Source: Candidatus Latescibacterota bacterium (GTDB lineage Bacteria > Latescibacterota > UBA2968 > GCA-2709665). From it: DNA of 64,000 bases. A model generated the notes under the pieces. It was not told the origin of the DNA and did not search any database. It worked only from the letters and a program-made list of their open reading frames with translations. Within the stretch, counting starts at the first letter, position 1. Each line of letters starts with the position of its first letter. Shown here piece after piece: positions 9,775-19,440 of the stretch. The stretch is taken from positions 1,952,001 to 2,016,000 of the forward strand of contig OZ252100.1 in assembly GCA_965248435.1 (NCBI GenBank), in the 5' to 3' direction. A program made the position numbers and the translations under genes.

Positions 9775-10923
9775 TCAACCTCGAGTTGCCGATCGATAAG
9801 TCCAATCGAACAGAACCCTGAATTCGATCTCCTGGATTTCTTCCATAAGCCGAGTCTCCTCAGGCATTCCATTCTGGGTATTGTGCAGACAAAGTTCCAG
9901 AAAATAGAGAGGGTCCCAGGTCTTCCGATCTTCCAGGTGCCTCAAAAACTCGAGCGCGACATCCCTTGCCTTTCCAAAGTCGGGAATTTGAAGCACGCGA
10001 AGTAGGTAGCCCACTACCTGTTCTCGGATTTCACTAAACATCCCAAGCCCACCGGCCTTCCTGAACCAGCCCCTCGCGTTCTGAAAATCAGGCTCGCGAC
10101 GATGCACGATACCGTGCAGGTAATCTGCCTCAGCGCAAGGCCGGTCTCGGCTCACCTCCTGACAGATCGTGTGACAGGCCTCGAGGTCATCGATTCTTTG
10201 ATAGAGCCCGGCTTGAACAAGCCGTGCAGAGGACTCCGACGAGTCGTCGCCCGTATGAAGAAGGTCCCCGAACGCTATCCTGTCCAGGTAAGACTTAATG
10301 AATGGATGGCGAACCTGCTGGGGAACCAGCCTCCTGGGTCTTTCGGGGGGACGGTTCGATGGGGTCACATTCCACACAGCCAGGTCGCTGTCGAGCACGT
10401 CCAATTCATGGCCGCCGTAAATGAACCGTATGGCGAATTCCCATAAAACTTCGGGGACATTGCGATAAACGCCTAGAAGGTCCACCGTCTCCCGCTTTAG
10501 CAGGGCGGCACTCGGACCCCAAGGGGCATCCAATACACACCCGATTCTTGGACCGTAACGACTTATGTCCGCCATATCCAATGACCAGTTCCTCTCGGAG
10601 CCGTCTCTAACCGTCATACAGTGAACACACGCGCTTGCTGATGGATTGGCCTGTAAACTGATAACCTGCTGTTCGATCTTGTTACCATCCCAAACCACGC
10701 CGAGGTGCGCGTGAACCACGTACGAACCTGTGGCCTGCTCCCGAGCCGCATTCAACGCCGAGGTGTTCGCCCCGGGTTCGAAGGGCATGTACTCGACCTT
10801 GATGACCTCCGTGAGCTCCGTCGGGTAGGTCTGCGCCGAAATTCCTTGCAGCGTCTCCTGAGCTTCGGTGCTTTGGCCTGATCCAGATGGCATCACCAAC
10901 AGAATTGAGACTTTCTCTGACAT
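9775..10923 (-). CDS. Degenerate GT2-like domain fused to a conserved HxxxHRREPDxxNAxxW helical domain
   Basis: SALNAAREQATGSYV and KIEQQV are GT-A-like segments without DxD. C-terminal LHGIVHRREPDFQNARGWF. Confidence 0.6.
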   Translation of the reverse strand: MSEKVSILLVMPSGSGQSTEAQETLQGISAQTYPTELTEVIKVEYMPFEPGANTSALNAAREQATGSYVVHAHLGVVWDGNKIEQQVISLQANPSASACVHCMTVRDGSERNWSLDMADISRYGPRIGCVLDAPWGPSAALLKRETVDLLGVYRNVPEVLWEFAIRFIYGGHELDVLDSDLAVWNVTPSNRPPERPRRLVPQQVRHPFIKSYLDRIAFGDLLHTGDDSSESSARLVQAGLYQRIDDLEACHTICQEVSRDRPCAEADYLHGIVHRREPDFQNARGWFRKAGGLGMFSEIREQVVGYLLRVLQIPDFGKARDVALEFLRHLEDRKTWDPLYFLELCLHNTQNGMPEETRLMEEIQEIEFRVLFDWTYRSATRG

Positions 10924-10956
10924 AGATTCTCGTTTCTCTTCGCTTTTGACCTCGAG

Positions 10957-11883
10957 TCAGATGTCGCCGCGGGGGAGACTGCGGTAGACAAGGCCATGGA
11001 TTTCACCAGGCCCCATTTGCAGAAGCTGCTCTATCTGCATCACATCGGCCATTACCAGAGGCGGACATTCCCGCGAGGCAAGGCGATAGGCTTCCTCTAC
11101 ATCGTAGTTAACCCCTTTAAGGCGATACAGGTGTGCCAATGATTCCAGCTGTCTTGATCTTCTTAAGGAATTCGTCACCCCAAGCTTGAAATAGTAGAGA
11201 CGTCGATCTCGACCATCCCCCCACAGTAAGCTTTCCGGTTCAGGTACCCTTTCCATGGCTTCTGACATCTCCGCCTGCAGCCGTTCGATACGGTCATCAA
11301 ACACCTCGAGCAGGGCTACCAGCACCTCCCGGCGCGATCCTCTGGGTTCCTCGTCCATCATGTCCTGAAGGACGATCGCCGCCTTACCATAGAAGGAGTA
11401 ACTTTCCAGGCGGTCATCGCCGAAAAGCTCCGTCTCGACCACCTCCGCACGACGCACAAGCCCCTCCAAATCAAGAAATTCATCCCCAACCCCGGCGTGG
11501 TCATCGTCCGCCCGCGCAACCTGAATGCCGACCAAGAGCGCCCGTTCTATGGCCTGTTCGATCCCACCGCTCCTGTGCTGAACCGGATCAGGGCGCTGCG
11601 TCACCAGGTCATCCGTTTCAAACCCCTCCCCTCTCAACACATCCAGCGAATCATCGCGCCTTACCCCAAGCCCATCCATAAGATCCAAAAGGACCTCTCC
11701 AAGCGCAACCTCCCGATCGCGTACTCGCCTTGCAACCCGTCCGTCCAGGCAAGCTTCCACGACCTGTCGAGCGACCCAATCGCTCTTGTCAACGTGTGAC
11801 TTTCTTCTCGGCCACGGTCCGCCGCCGGTCAACCTCAAAACGACCAATATCACCAGCAGCAATGCGATTCCCACAATCAGCAT
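10957..11883 (-). CDS. Membrane-anchored hypothetical protein
   Basis: 308-aa ORF with an N-terminal TM helix, tightly spaced in the operon, AAAGG RBS. Confidence 0.6.
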   Translation of the reverse strand: MLIVGIALLLVILVVLRLTGGGPWPRRKSHVDKSDWVARQVVEACLDGRVARRVRDREVALGEVLLDLMDGLGVRRDDSLDVLRGEGFETDDLVTQRPDPVQHRSGGIEQAIERALLVGIQVARADDDHAGVGDEFLDLEGLVRRAEVVETELFGDDRLESYSFYGKAAIVLQDMMDEEPRGSRREVLVALLEVFDDRIERLQAEMSEAMERVPEPESLLWGDGRDRRLYYFKLGVTNSLRRSRQLESLAHLYRLKGVNYDVEEAYRLASRECPPLVMADVMQIEQLLQMGPGEIHGLVYRSLPRGDI

Positions 11884-11894
11884 GGTTCGCCTTT

Positions 11895-13574
11895 CTAAAC
11901 CCGGAACAGCTCACCCATTCGCCGACCCAGGAAACGTCCAGCCAGCGAAAGACTGATCATCAGCAGAAGCATACCCAGGATGCCCATCGCGCTCGCAATG
12001 TAGGGGCCATCCGAAATTCTCCCCAGAAGCGCATAGATGGCCTTCGTAATCGGATAGTACTCGTCCTTCAGAGCCAGAATCAGACTATCGCTCACCTCGA
12101 GCATCGCGAAGGCGAAGCAGAGGATTCCTCCTGCGACCAGGTTCGCTATGATGAGCGGAAAGGTGATCTCCAGCGTGGTACGCATCTTGGATGCACCCAG
12201 ATTTTGAGCTGCCTCCTCCAGAGTGATGCTTGTCTGTTGAAAGCCGGCATAGGCGGCGCGAACCATGTATGGCAAGCGCCGGACGGCATACGCGATGACG
12301 AGCAAAGGCACGGGATAGTGCCTCGCATCCAGGAAGGTCCCGGAAAATCCGGCCAGATAGCCGAATGCCAGCACCAATCCGGGAAGTGCAAGGGGCAGCA
12401 TCGACAAGGCATCGAGCACTCCTTTAAAGGGAATGCGGGTGCGGGTAAGCAGGTAGGCGATGCTTACACCCAGAACAATATCGGCCACCGTGCTCAACAC
12501 AGACAACATCAAGCTCATGCTGATACTCGATGAGGATATCGGATGTTCGAAAACATTGGTGTAGTACTTCGCAGTCACCTCCTGGGGGACGACCGACATG
12601 AACCACTGCTCTGAAATAGATGTTAGAAACACACTTATGTGCGGAAGCAGGGCCACGCCCGTCAGGCACAGCATGAACCCATAGATAAATACAACCTGCC
12701 GCCTTGAAGCGCGCTGCAACCCGGCCGACCCTCTGCCGACCACGTCGTAGTGCCTGCCGCCAAGGAGGGTTTTTGAGAGGAAGAAGAAGAAGGCCGTCAG
12801 CAGGAGCACAAACACGACCAAGGCATACGCCATCGGGTTTTCGTTGATATCAGAAATCGAGTTGAATATTTCAACAGCAACAACCTTTCGATAGTTGAAT
12901 ATTAAAGGTGTCCCCAAGTCGGTGAACGCCCATATGAACACGATAATCGCCCCTGCAAAATATCCTGGGAGCATCAGGGGAAACGTGACCGTTCGAAACA
13001 GTCGAAACCCTTTACTTCCGAGATTTCGGGCCGCCTCGTCCAGGCTGGGGTCGATGTTGGAAAGGGCAGCCGCGACGTTCAAATACATAATGGGATAGAG
13101 ATGCAAAACCTCGAGGATCACGACGCCCGCAAACCCTCCACCGAACCAGTCCACAGGGTGATCGACCAAACCTAGTTTAAGCAGGAGCAGGTTGATCGAT
13201 CCAAACCTGGCAAACATCTGTTGCATCCCGATGGCGCCAACAAAGGGAGGGAGCACCATCGGCACCAGAATCAGACCGTTCAGGAATCCCTTTCCGCCAA
13301 AATCGTAACGCGCAATCAAGAAAGCAATCGGAAGGGTGAGAAGCGTCGTCGCAAGGGTTGTGATTACGCCCAATCGGAAGCTGTTCAGGATCATCTCACG
13401 ATAGATGGGATTGGTCCCCATCAATCTAAAGTAAAGCGTGGTCAATTCCCCATCTATCACGAACGCGTTGACAAAGGCGTACCAGAGTGGATAGAAAAGA
13501 AAAACGGCAAAAAACGCGGCGAGCGCTAGAAGAAACGTTAGAATGGGCCAACTCAGGTCGTAACGCCTCAGCAT
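11895..13574 (-). CDS. Fe3+/thiamine-type ABC transporter permease (FbpB/ThiP family)
   Basis: Two EAA loops (LDEAARNLGS; LEEAAQNLGAS), about 12 TM helices. Confidence 0.92.
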   Translation of the reverse strand: MLRRYDLSWPILTFLLALAAFFAVFLFYPLWYAFVNAFVIDGELTTLYFRLMGTNPIYREMILNSFRLGVITTLATTLLTLPIAFLIARYDFGGKGFLNGLILVPMVLPPFVGAIGMQQMFARFGSINLLLLKLGLVDHPVDWFGGGFAGVVILEVLHLYPIMYLNVAAALSNIDPSLDEAARNLGSKGFRLFRTVTFPLMLPGYFAGAIIVFIWAFTDLGTPLIFNYRKVVAVEIFNSISDINENPMAYALVVFVLLLTAFFFFLSKTLLGGRHYDVVGRGSAGLQRASRRQVVFIYGFMLCLTGVALLPHISVFLTSISEQWFMSVVPQEVTAKYYTNVFEHPISSSSISMSLMLSVLSTVADIVLGVSIAYLLTRTRIPFKGVLDALSMLPLALPGLVLAFGYLAGFSGTFLDARHYPVPLLVIAYAVRRLPYMVRAAYAGFQQTSITLEEAAQNLGASKMRTTLEITFPLIIANLVAGGILCFAFAMLEVSDSLILALKDEYYPITKAIYALLGRISDGPYIASAMGILGMLLLMISLSLAGRFLGRRMGELFRV

Positions 13575-14656
13575 TCTGTCTCTCCGGAGTCTCTCAAAAT
13601 AACTACGGCATCCTGGCTAAAGCGCAACCTCACTCGATCGCCGATTTCCGCTTTCTGCTTGAGCGGGTTGTACTCCACCACCTTGAAACGGGTTCCACCC
13701 TCCAGGCCAACACAGTACTGCTCCACGTCTCCGAGGTAAATCAAATCGCTCACCTGTCCAGAAACCACATTGTCTGACCTGCTCGGTTCGCCGTCAAGCA
13801 GGTCAAGGGCCTCCGGGCGTACAGCGCAAAGCACGCGGTCCCCTCTCTGAATCTCTTCATAGCCTACCCGTCCGCGTATCAGGCCGACCGCCGTTTGGAC
13901 ACGGATCAGCGGGTCGACATCCACAACTTCTCCAGACAGGAAATTTATCTCTCCAATGAAATCCGCCACAAACTCGCTCACCGGCCGTGAATAGAGCTGG
14001 CGCGGTTCCCCGACTTGTACGACCTTCCCCATCTGCATCACCGCGACTCGGTTCGCCATGGAGAGTGCCTCTTTCTGGTCGTGCGTAACGTAGATCATCG
14101 TAATTCCGATTTCTTTGTGCAGAGTCTGAATCTGCTCACGCATCTCCAGCCGAAGCCGGGCGTCCAGGTTCGAAAGCGGCTCATCCAGCAACACAACGTC
14201 TGGCTCAATCACGAGTGCCCTTGCAAGTGCAACCCGTTGCTGCTGTCCCCCGGAAAGCTGGTTCGGAAATCGGATTGCGTACGCATCCATTTGTACCATC
14301 TTCAGCGCGCGATCCACGCGCTCTGTTCTTTCTTCGGGGGAGACCTTCTTTATTCTCAATCCGTATTCTACATTTTTTGCGACGCTCATGTGTGGCCATA
14401 GGGCGTAGTTTTGAAATACCATTCCTGTGTTGCGCTCGTGGGGAGGCACATCTGCCATATCCCGATCATCGAAAAGGATACGACCCCCCTCCAACTGATA
14501 AAACCCCGCAATAAGCCTGAGCAAGGTGGTTTTGCCACACCCTGACGGCCCGAGCAGGAAAAAGAACTCCCCCTTTTCAATCTCGAAACTCGCACGATCC
14601 AGGGCGACAACACTTCCGAACCGCTTGGTCACGTTTTCCAGCGTCACGCTTACCAT
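13568..14656 (-). CDS. ABC transporter ATP-binding protein (FbpC/PotA family)
   Basis: GPSGCGKT, LSGGQQQR, LLDEP, C-terminal TOBE-like region. Confidence 0.95.
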   Translation of the reverse strand: MVSVTLENVTKRFGSVVALDRASFEIEKGEFFFLLGPSGCGKTTLLRLIAGFYQLEGGRILFDDRDMADVPPHERNTGMVFQNYALWPHMSVAKNVEYGLRIKKVSPEERTERVDRALKMVQMDAYAIRFPNQLSGGQQQRVALARALVIEPDVVLLDEPLSNLDARLRLEMREQIQTLHKEIGITMIYVTHDQKEALSMANRVAVMQMGKVVQVGEPRQLYSRPVSEFVADFIGEINFLSGEVVDVDPLIRVQTAVGLIRGRVGYEEIQRGDRVLCAVRPEALDLLDGEPSRSDNVVSGQVSDLIYLGDVEQYCVGLEGGTRFKVVEYNPLKQKAEIGDRVRLRFSQDAVVILRDSGETEC

Positions 14657-14696
14657 GGATGCAGATTCCTGTCCGGTCAGCTTCCGATTCGCTAGA

Positions 14697-16100
14697 CTAG
14701 GGCCTCCGGATATACCAGACGTAGGCGACCATCGCGAGCGCGAGCGCCATTGGAAACAACAATGTCAGCAGGTTTCCAAATTGCAGATACACGCTCTGCT
14801 CGTGGGTCCCGTACTTCTTGCGCGCGAAAGCTGTCCACTCACCCAGCATTCTATTGCGGAGCTCTGGATCCCGCCACATCCTTCCCATCTCCAAGGATTC
14901 GGATTCATTGACGGGTACTTCGGCTAACCGCTCGAGTTCATCCGCCGATACACCATCACTCGCCGCCTTCTTCCAGGCCCGTTTGAGTTCTTCGTGAGAA
15001 TCGATGATTAAAACGCCGATCAGGTCGTTGAGCAATCCCCATCGGCTGGAAACCGTTTCCGAATTGTATTCAAGGTCAGAAGTCCACTCGAATGGATTCA
15101 GTGTCACAGCTGCTTCGGATCGCAGCTCTTCATAGAGGTCGGGCAGTACTGTAAAGCGGTTCAACTGTGTCGCCCTCGGTCCCCCAGGCACCCCCTTTTT
15201 CAGGAACCAAAGCTTTTGCCCACGTTCGGACATGACAAACCTGACAAATGTTTCCGCTACGATCAGGTTCGGAGCGCCCTTGAGAATCGCCAACCCATCG
15301 GGGTTCACGATGCTCAGATTCTCAGGAATCACGAAACCGATCGACCCCTTACCCACTCGATCCATCTGGGCCCACGCATAGAAATCTATCGAAAGCGCAT
15401 ATGCAACCTCTCCCACCGCTACATCCCTGGGCGCCTGAGAGCCTCCTGACCCGAACCTTCGGACGTTTCCACCCAGGGTGGTGATGACCTCCCACCCGCG
15501 ATCCCACCCATATCCCTGAAGAATGAGTTCGTAAGCCATGTGAACGCTCCCGCTTGTTCTCGGATCCCCTGACCCGACCCAGGAAAACAGTCGTGGATTA
15601 CCCAGGTCAGCCCAGGTTTTAGGCACGGGCAGGTCCAGCAGATCGAGCACCTTTCGATTGAAGACAATGCCAAAGCCTGCCAGCGTTGCACCGTACCATC
15701 GGTATCTTGAGTCGTAGAGTGGAATGCCACCAAGACGCCTGGGCAGTCGATCGAGTATGTCCTCTGAAAGTGGGCAGGGGAACAACAGCCCTTGGTCTGC
15801 AAGTTCCAAATAAGGATCCAGTCCCCCTCCGAAAAAAACGTCGATGTCGATCCCGTCTTCATTGTGCCCGAACTCGGAGCGAATGTATTTAATGATGGAG
15901 CTCGTCCCCCCTACATCCAGCCACTCCAGCAAGACTTCATTCCCCGTTCGTTCGTAATAGTCTTCTTGAAAAGCCTGCTCGAATTCTGTCTGGACTTCAT
16001 CAGGGTGGGGTGAGATAAGCACCAGCCGGTCCGAAGCGCCCCAGACCTCCCCAACGGACAAAAGCAAGGCACCGATCGCACCTCCGATCGCCTTGATCAT
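14697..16100 (-). CDS. ABC transporter substrate-binding protein (Fe3+/AfuA-like) with C-terminal TM helix
   Basis: Signal peptide, LVLISPH, DVFFGGG, PKTWADL, DPRTSGS. ATG 16100 lies downstream of the promoter. Confidence 0.88.
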   Translation of the reverse strand: MIKAIGGAIGALLLSVGEVWGASDRLVLISPHPDEVQTEFEQAFQEDYYERTGNEVLLEWLDVGGTSSIIKYIRSEFGHNEDGIDIDVFFGGGLDPYLELADQGLLFPCPLSEDILDRLPRRLGGIPLYDSRYRWYGATLAGFGIVFNRKVLDLLDLPVPKTWADLGNPRLFSWVGSGDPRTSGSVHMAYELILQGYGWDRGWEVITTLGGNVRRFGSGGSQAPRDVAVGEVAYALSIDFYAWAQMDRVGKGSIGFVIPENLSIVNPDGLAILKGAPNLIVAETFVRFVMSERGQKLWFLKKGVPGGPRATQLNRFTVLPDLYEELRSEAAVTLNPFEWTSDLEYNSETVSSRWGLLNDLIGVLIIDSHEELKRAWKKAASDGVSADELERLAEVPVNESESLEMGRMWRDPELRNRMLGEWTAFARKKYGTHEQSVYLQFGNLLTLLFPMALALAMVAYVWYIRRP

Positions 16101-16164
16101 GATTCGGCCTTCGGGTCGCAAGTGTAGATCTCTCAGGTTCTTATCACAAGTTAAGGAAATTGCT

Positions 16165-16193
16165 ATGGTAGGGAACCCGCATGTCAATGTCAA
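16165..16193 (-). promoter_or_regulatory. Sigma70-type promoter of the ABC operon
   Basis: Minus strand TTGACA-N17-TACCAT. Confidence 0.7.
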
Positions 16194-16215
16194 TCGCTTT
16201 CCAATCGCACAGTTC

Positions 16216-16245
16216 AAAAAAAAGCCCTGATCAGCGGATCAGAGC
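16216..16245 (-). terminator. Rho-independent terminator
   Basis: Minus strand GCTCTGATC-CGCT-GATCAGGGC followed by T8, downstream of the Vgb-like gene. Confidence 0.8.
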
Positions 16246-16275
16246 ATCGCGATACAGAGCTTGATGAAAATACGC

Positions 16276-17472
16276 TTAGGGTCCGGTTTCCCCTACCCGA
16301 CCGATCCTATCCTTCCCCTGGTCCGCGAACCAGATCAGACCCATGGGGTCAACCACAATGTTGGTGATTTCAGCCCCATGGTCCTCTATTTCATAGACTC
16401 GAAATCTCTTCGACTTTTGAACAAACCTAGCGATTCTCATTGAGTTCGAGCTCCCAATCCAGATCCGGTCGCTGAAGTCTACTGCCAGGGCTTGCGCACC
16501 TGAGACCGCCGACGGAACTTCGTAGAGGGACGTTGTTCCGGAATCGGGGTCAAAAACACCCAGCCCGTGTACACCCGACCGTGTGAACCAGACGCGACCG
16601 TCTAGATCGAGGGCAATCTGCCAGAGTTTTACACCACTCCCCGGAAGGTCGAACTCTTCGATCTCCCTTCTATTCGGATTCAGCCGCCCCAGCTTGCCTG
16701 CGCCACGCTCCCCGAACCACAAGTTCCCCTCGGAATCCAGTTCCAGACCATCCAGGCCCGCCGCGGGTGTAGGGAGGCGGAATTCCTCAAAAGACCCGTC
16801 TGAGGGGTCTAGCAGGCCGATTCGATTTCCGGACTCTTGTGTGAACCAGAGCAATCCCCTACGGTCGAAAGCAAGACTGTAGGGGCGGCTTCCAGGCGTT
16901 GGAATGGCGAATTCACGAATTTCTCCGGAAACAGGATCCAATCGGCCGATTCGGTTTGCCCCGATCTCGGTAAACCAGACCTGTCCGCCTTTGTCGATCG
17001 CGATACTGTGCGGCTGACCCCCGGGCGTCGGCAGTGGATAATCAGTAAAGGTGCTGGTTTTCGGATCCAGTCGGCCGATTCGATTTGCTCCAATTTCGGT
17101 AAACCAGACGATGCCGTCTGTGTCCACGACGAGATCGTGGGGTCGGCTCCCAAGTTCCGGCAGTTCCCAGATCGCAACACGACCGACCGTCTCCTCCACC
17201 TGAACCGCACCGCTTTCCAAGCGAGGATCGAAGGCCGCCACGAAAAGCATGAAGTCCTGAAAATCGACGACACCGTTGCCATTCAGATCGAAGGCAGCCA
17301 GATTAGACCCGTAGGCCTCAACCAGTGCGACGAAATCGTCCTGGTCAACGCGGCCGTCGTCGTCGAAATCGGCGCCACCGGGAACCTGAGCCCAACTCCA
17401 GATAGGCAGAAGGCAGAGCACAAGAATCCACCCTGTCCTGCCTCCCGGCATCGCGTGCAATATCCAGAACAT
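16276..17472 (-). CDS. Secreted Vgb (virginiamycin B lyase)-like beta-propeller with N-terminal dockerin/EF-hand-like domain
   Basis: Signal peptide, DFDDDGRVDQDDF...DLNGNGVVDFQDF, repeated WFTEIGANRIGRLDP blades. Confidence 0.85.
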   Translation of the reverse strand: MFWILHAMPGGRTGWILVLCLLPIWSWAQVPGGADFDDDGRVDQDDFVALVEAYGSNLAAFDLNGNGVVDFQDFMLFVAAFDPRLESGAVQVEETVGRVAIWELPELGSRPHDLVVDTDGIVWFTEIGANRIGRLDPKTSTFTDYPLPTPGGQPHSIAIDKGGQVWFTEIGANRIGRLDPVSGEIREFAIPTPGSRPYSLAFDRRGLLWFTQESGNRIGLLDPSDGSFEEFRLPTPAAGLDGLELDSEGNLWFGERGAGKLGRLNPNRREIEEFDLPGSGVKLWQIALDLDGRVWFTRSGVHGLGVFDPDSGTTSLYEVPSAVSGAQALAVDFSDRIWIGSSNSMRIARFVQKSKRFRVYEIEDHGAEITNIVVDPMGLIWFADQGKDRIGRVGETGP

Positions 17473-17478
17473 CAGGAG

Positions 17479-17844
17479 CTACTTTGCCTGCGCCTGAGGC
17501 GGATCCGTCAAATAGCTCGCCACTGCCCGGTCCACCGTATCGAATGTTCGAAAAATCCCTGCCAGTTGCGTCACCATCAGAATGCTGTCGATCTTTTCGG
17601 TGATGCCTGTCAGCCTCAGATCGCCGCCCTCATTTCGCAGGGTCGTCAAACTGGCGATCAAAACCCCGAGCATAGCACTCCCGAACCATTTCACTTTTGA
17701 AAAATCAATGACGACATTCTTGATGCTGTCACTCACAAGCTTCTTAACGTGGTCGTGAAAGGGTGCCACATCAGGACCGCTCATCAAAGCTCCGCCCATT
17801 TTCAGAATGGCTACGTCCTTGCGAATCTCTTCATCGATGCGCAC
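17479..17844 (-). CDS. STAS-domain anti-sigma factor antagonist
   Basis: VVIDFSKVKWFGSAMLGVLI, GGDLRL. GTG 17844 follows AAGGAGG. Confidence 0.88.
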   Translation of the reverse strand: MRIDEEIRKDVAILKMGGALMSGPDVAPFHDHVKKLVSDSIKNVVIDFSKVKWFGSAMLGVLIASLTTLRNEGGDLRLTGITEKIDSILMVTQLAGIFRTFDTVDRAVASYLTDPPQAQAK

Positions 17845-17948
17845 GGATACCTCCTTCATTCAAAAGAATGCTCGCCGCAGGACAAATGATCGGACCCATC
17901 ATATCCATGATAACCACAATTCTGAAGTTTGTTACTACCGGGCTGTCC

Positions 17949-19400
17949 CTAAGAACCGTGCGATGCCAACTTCAGCACCCCTCTTGCCGCTTCGAGCCGC
18001 ACCTCCGGCGACTGTTCATTTAGGTATTTTCTCAGGGTCCTCAAATGTTCGAGATTCCCGGATTCGCCTAAACCCTCTAGCGCAAGCGTTCTCAGGTCAG
18101 TATATTCGGTTTTTTCCAAAACATCCTTTAACGCTTTCTGCGCGGCGGGCAAAGAGATTCCGCGCAGTGCCTCCACGATCGCGCGCCTCAAAGGTAGCCG
18201 GTTATCCCGAGAAAATGCGTCGCTGAGTGCCGCCACAGCCTCACCGCTCTCCATCCCCCCGAGCGCCTTTACGGCCGCGAACTCGATCGGTTCGCTCCTT
18301 GACCAGATCAGGGCTTCCCTGAGCGAGACGACGCGCCGGACATCTCCGATCGCTCCAAGCACCTCCAGCGAACGTGCCTTTTCCACGTCATTCCGATACT
18401 GGATGTCCCCCAGCTCTGATGAAATCCCGGAACCGAATCCAAGTATTGCGAGCGTCCGTGCCGAGGCCAGCTTTATGGGGTTTATCGGATCTGTTCTGAA
18501 AGCCGCCATAAGGAGCGGAACGGCGGAGCTATCTCGGATGTGGGCGAGCCCCTGTGCTGCCAGACTTCGATCCGAAGCATTCCCGGCCGTCGAGAGCATC
18601 TCTTGCAGGTAAGGCCCGATCGTCTTGGAGCCAGTCGTCCCCAGTGCCTCCAGGCACCTCTGACGCACGTCATAGTATCTTATTTGTTTGAATGCTTCGC
18701 CCAAATACGCGGCCGCCGTAGAATCGCCAAATATCTCCAGCGCCTCTATTAACACAATATCGAGCATCCGCGAGTCCTGGCTTAGCAGACGCTCACCGAT
18801 TGCGGGCAGACTCTCTCGATCGCCAAGTCGGGCAAGCGCGACCGCAGCAGCGCCCTGTACTAAGGGGTCAGGATCTTCACGAAACGCTGTGCGAATGTCG
18901 GCAATCCCTTCAGGCCTTCCGAGACGCCCTAGACCACCCACTGCACTCGATCGCAGGTGGCCCTCTTCCGCATTCCGCAGAACGTCCCTCAGCATACCTG
19001 CCGTGCCAAGGTTCCCCAGACGTTCCAGGGCAGTGGCCGCCTCCATACGAAAGAAAAGGTCCCACCTCTCATCATCCAGCAGGGCCTTCAGAGGCGCCTT
19101 CGCCCTCTGGTCACCGGATTGACCCAGCGCCCGAATCGCCCTGAAGACAATGACACCGCTCTTTTTTGAAAGGGCCTGGACGAGCACCCGAGTCAAACGC
19201 GGGTCATCTGTCTCCTGGAGCAGGTCGATGGCGTTTGCTGCTAGGACACCTTCCACCTGCTTGTCCTCGAGCAGGTCGAACAAGGTATCTGTCGCTTCCC
19301 TTTTTGATTGAGTAAGCTCCTCCTGGTCGACGCCGCAACCCCACACCAAGAACGAGACCAATATTGCACCTGCGTAATTCAGTATTCTCCTGGTCGCCAC
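17949..19400 (-). CDS. HEAT-repeat lipoprotein
   Basis: GTG after AGGAGG, lipobox LVWGC, PBS-lyase-like HEAT repeats (VQGAAAVALARLGD, VRLEAARGV). Confidence 0.82.
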   Translation of the reverse strand: MATRRILNYAGAILVSFLVWGCGVDQEELTQSKREATDTLFDLLEDKQVEGVLAANAIDLLQETDDPRLTRVLVQALSKKSGVIVFRAIRALGQSGDQRAKAPLKALLDDERWDLFFRMEAATALERLGNLGTAGMLRDVLRNAEEGHLRSSAVGGLGRLGRPEGIADIRTAFREDPDPLVQGAAAVALARLGDRESLPAIGERLLSQDSRMLDIVLIEALEIFGDSTAAAYLGEAFKQIRYYDVRQRCLEALGTTGSKTIGPYLQEMLSTAGNASDRSLAAQGLAHIRDSSAVPLLMAAFRTDPINPIKLASARTLAILGFGSGISSELGDIQYRNDVEKARSLEVLGAIGDVRRVVSLREALIWSRSEPIEFAAVKALGGMESGEAVAALSDAFSRDNRLPLRRAIVEALRGISLPAAQKALKDVLEKTEYTDLRTLALEGLGESGNLEHLRTLRKYLNEQSPEVRLEAARGVLKLASHGS

Positions 19401-19440
19401 TTCTACCTCCTGATCGTTCTCCCGTTGATCGCGGTCTGGT

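Noticed and set aside
16276-17472. Streptogramin resistance gene vgb
   Set aside because: The similarity is fold-level only, and the protein is secreted and dockerin-tagged, unlike the resistance enzymes.
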